From an archaeon (GTDB lineage: Archaea > Iainarchaeota > Iainarchaeia > Iainarchaeales > CSSED10-239), in NCBI GenBank assembly GCA_041657425.1, contig JBBABY010000012.1, forward strand, positions 9,284 through 35,183: a DNA stretch of 25,900 nucleotides. The letters are read 5' to 3'. The notes beneath the pieces are model-generated. The model had not been told where the DNA came from, searched no databases, and worked only from the letters and a program-made list of their open reading frames with translations. Below, piece after piece: positions 25,443 to 25,900 of the stretch (within the stretch, counting starts at the first letter, position 1; every line of letters starts with the position of its first letter). Position numbers and translations under genes: made by a program.

Positions 25443-25900
25443 ATGAAAGCATATTTAGATATAATTAAACACATAATTGAAAATGGAGAACTAAAACATA
25501 ATAGAACAGGGATTGATACAAAAGCAGTTGCTGGTTGTATGTTTGAACATGATATGCAAGAGGGTTTTCCACTTCTTACAACTAAAAAAGTGCCATTTAG
25601 ATTAGTGTCTTCAGAATTAGAGTTTTTCATAAAAGGAATAACTGATAAAAACTGGTTAAGAGAAAAAGATAATCACATTTGGGATGAATGGTGTTCTCCA
25701 GATGTTGTTCCTTATGGTAATGATGAAGAAACTAAAAAGAAAATGCTTGAAGAAAGAGAACTTGGACCAATCTATGGTTATCAATGGAGAAATTTTGGAA
25801 AAACTTACCAGTCCTATGATAAAGAACCGACAGGTAATGGGGTAGATCAGTTAAAAAAATTAGTAGAAACACTTAAAACAAATCCAACAGACAGAAGAAT
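25443..25900 (+). CDS. thyA: thymidylate synthase ThyA family, 5' part (truncated by window end; absent from the ORF track)
   Basis: Own translation from ATG 25443 is open to the window end: MKAYLDIIKHIIENGELKHNRTGIDTKAVAGCMFEHDMQEGFPLLTTKKVPFRLVSSELEFFIKGITDKNWLREKDNHIWDEWCSPDVVPYGNDEETKKKMLEERELGPIYGYQWRNFGK...VDQLKKLVETLKTNPTDRR. It contains the ThyA blocks NRTG, FPLLTTKK, IWDEW, LGPIYGYQWR, DQL and P.DRR. GTGA (25433-25436) lies 6 nt upstream. Confidence 0.9.
   Translation, partial: MKAYLDIIKHIIENGELKHNRTGIDTKAVAGCMFEHDMQEGFPLLTTKKVPFRLVSSELEFFIKGITDKNWLREKDNHIWDEWCSPDVVPYGNDEETKKKMLEERELGPIYGYQWRNFGKTYQSYDKEPTGNGVDQLKKLVETLKTNPTDRR

Noticed and set aside
577-25630. Numerous antisense or out-of-frame ORFs in the track (for example 577..834-, 1495..1767-, 7282..7497+, 9704..10033-, 12213..12527-, 13122..13595-, 16822..17070+, 17587..17886-, 23617..23901-, 25135..25452-, 25325..25630-).
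   Set aside because: All are embedded in, or overlap, strongly supported genes or the tRNA-like gene. Their compositions are low complexity (Phe/Leu/Ile/Ser-rich), as expected for shadow frames of A/G-rich coding DNA.
1-25900. CRISPR arrays, rRNA genes, transposases, integrases, or att-like duplication of the tRNA 3' ends.
   Set aside because: I saw no regularly spaced direct repeats and no recombinase-like ORF. The 3' segments of the two tRNA genes do not recur elsewhere in the window.

Overview
AT-rich (about 30% GC by eye) archaeal chromosomal segment. The split RNA polymerase B subunit, archaeal DTD2, a type IV pilin signal and many fast-evolving or degenerate enzyme homologues suggest a small-genome, DPANN-like or euryarchaeal-like lineage; that assignment is inference. 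The core (4.7-17 kb) is the conserved archaeal transcription/translation super-operon: rpoH, rpoB'' and rpoB' (split B), an extra 172-aa ORF, rpoA', rpoA'', rpl30e, rps12, rps7, then a separately promoted EF-2. nusA is absent from its usual slot between rpl30e and rps12. Upstream lie a P-type ATPase, tRNA-Glu(CUC) and an MFS-like transporter. Downstream lie a small membrane-anchored acidic protein and a 225-nt tRNA-Arg(CCG)-like gene. That gene carries about 156 nt of GC-rich, well-structured insert between the anticodon arm and the T arm, and it is the most unusual object in the window. Next come a pilin-signal protein with a C-terminal FGE-sulfatase/C-type-lectin-fold domain, a 415-nt ORF-poor spacer and a full-length DXR-fold homologue with every cofactor and catalytic motif degenerate. 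These are followed by archaeal D-aminoacyl-tRNA deacylase (minus strand) and a thymidylate-related cluster. The cluster holds a Tmk-like protein with P-loop Lys replaced by Thr, an unknown 246-aa ORF, glyA, two tandem paralogous unknown genes, and thyA truncated by the window edge and missing from the ORF track. A recurring (AAG)GTGA-N5-7-start ribosome-binding pattern lets several ORF-track alternative starts (GTG/TTG) be reassigned. No CRISPR array, rRNA gene or recognisable mobile element is visible.
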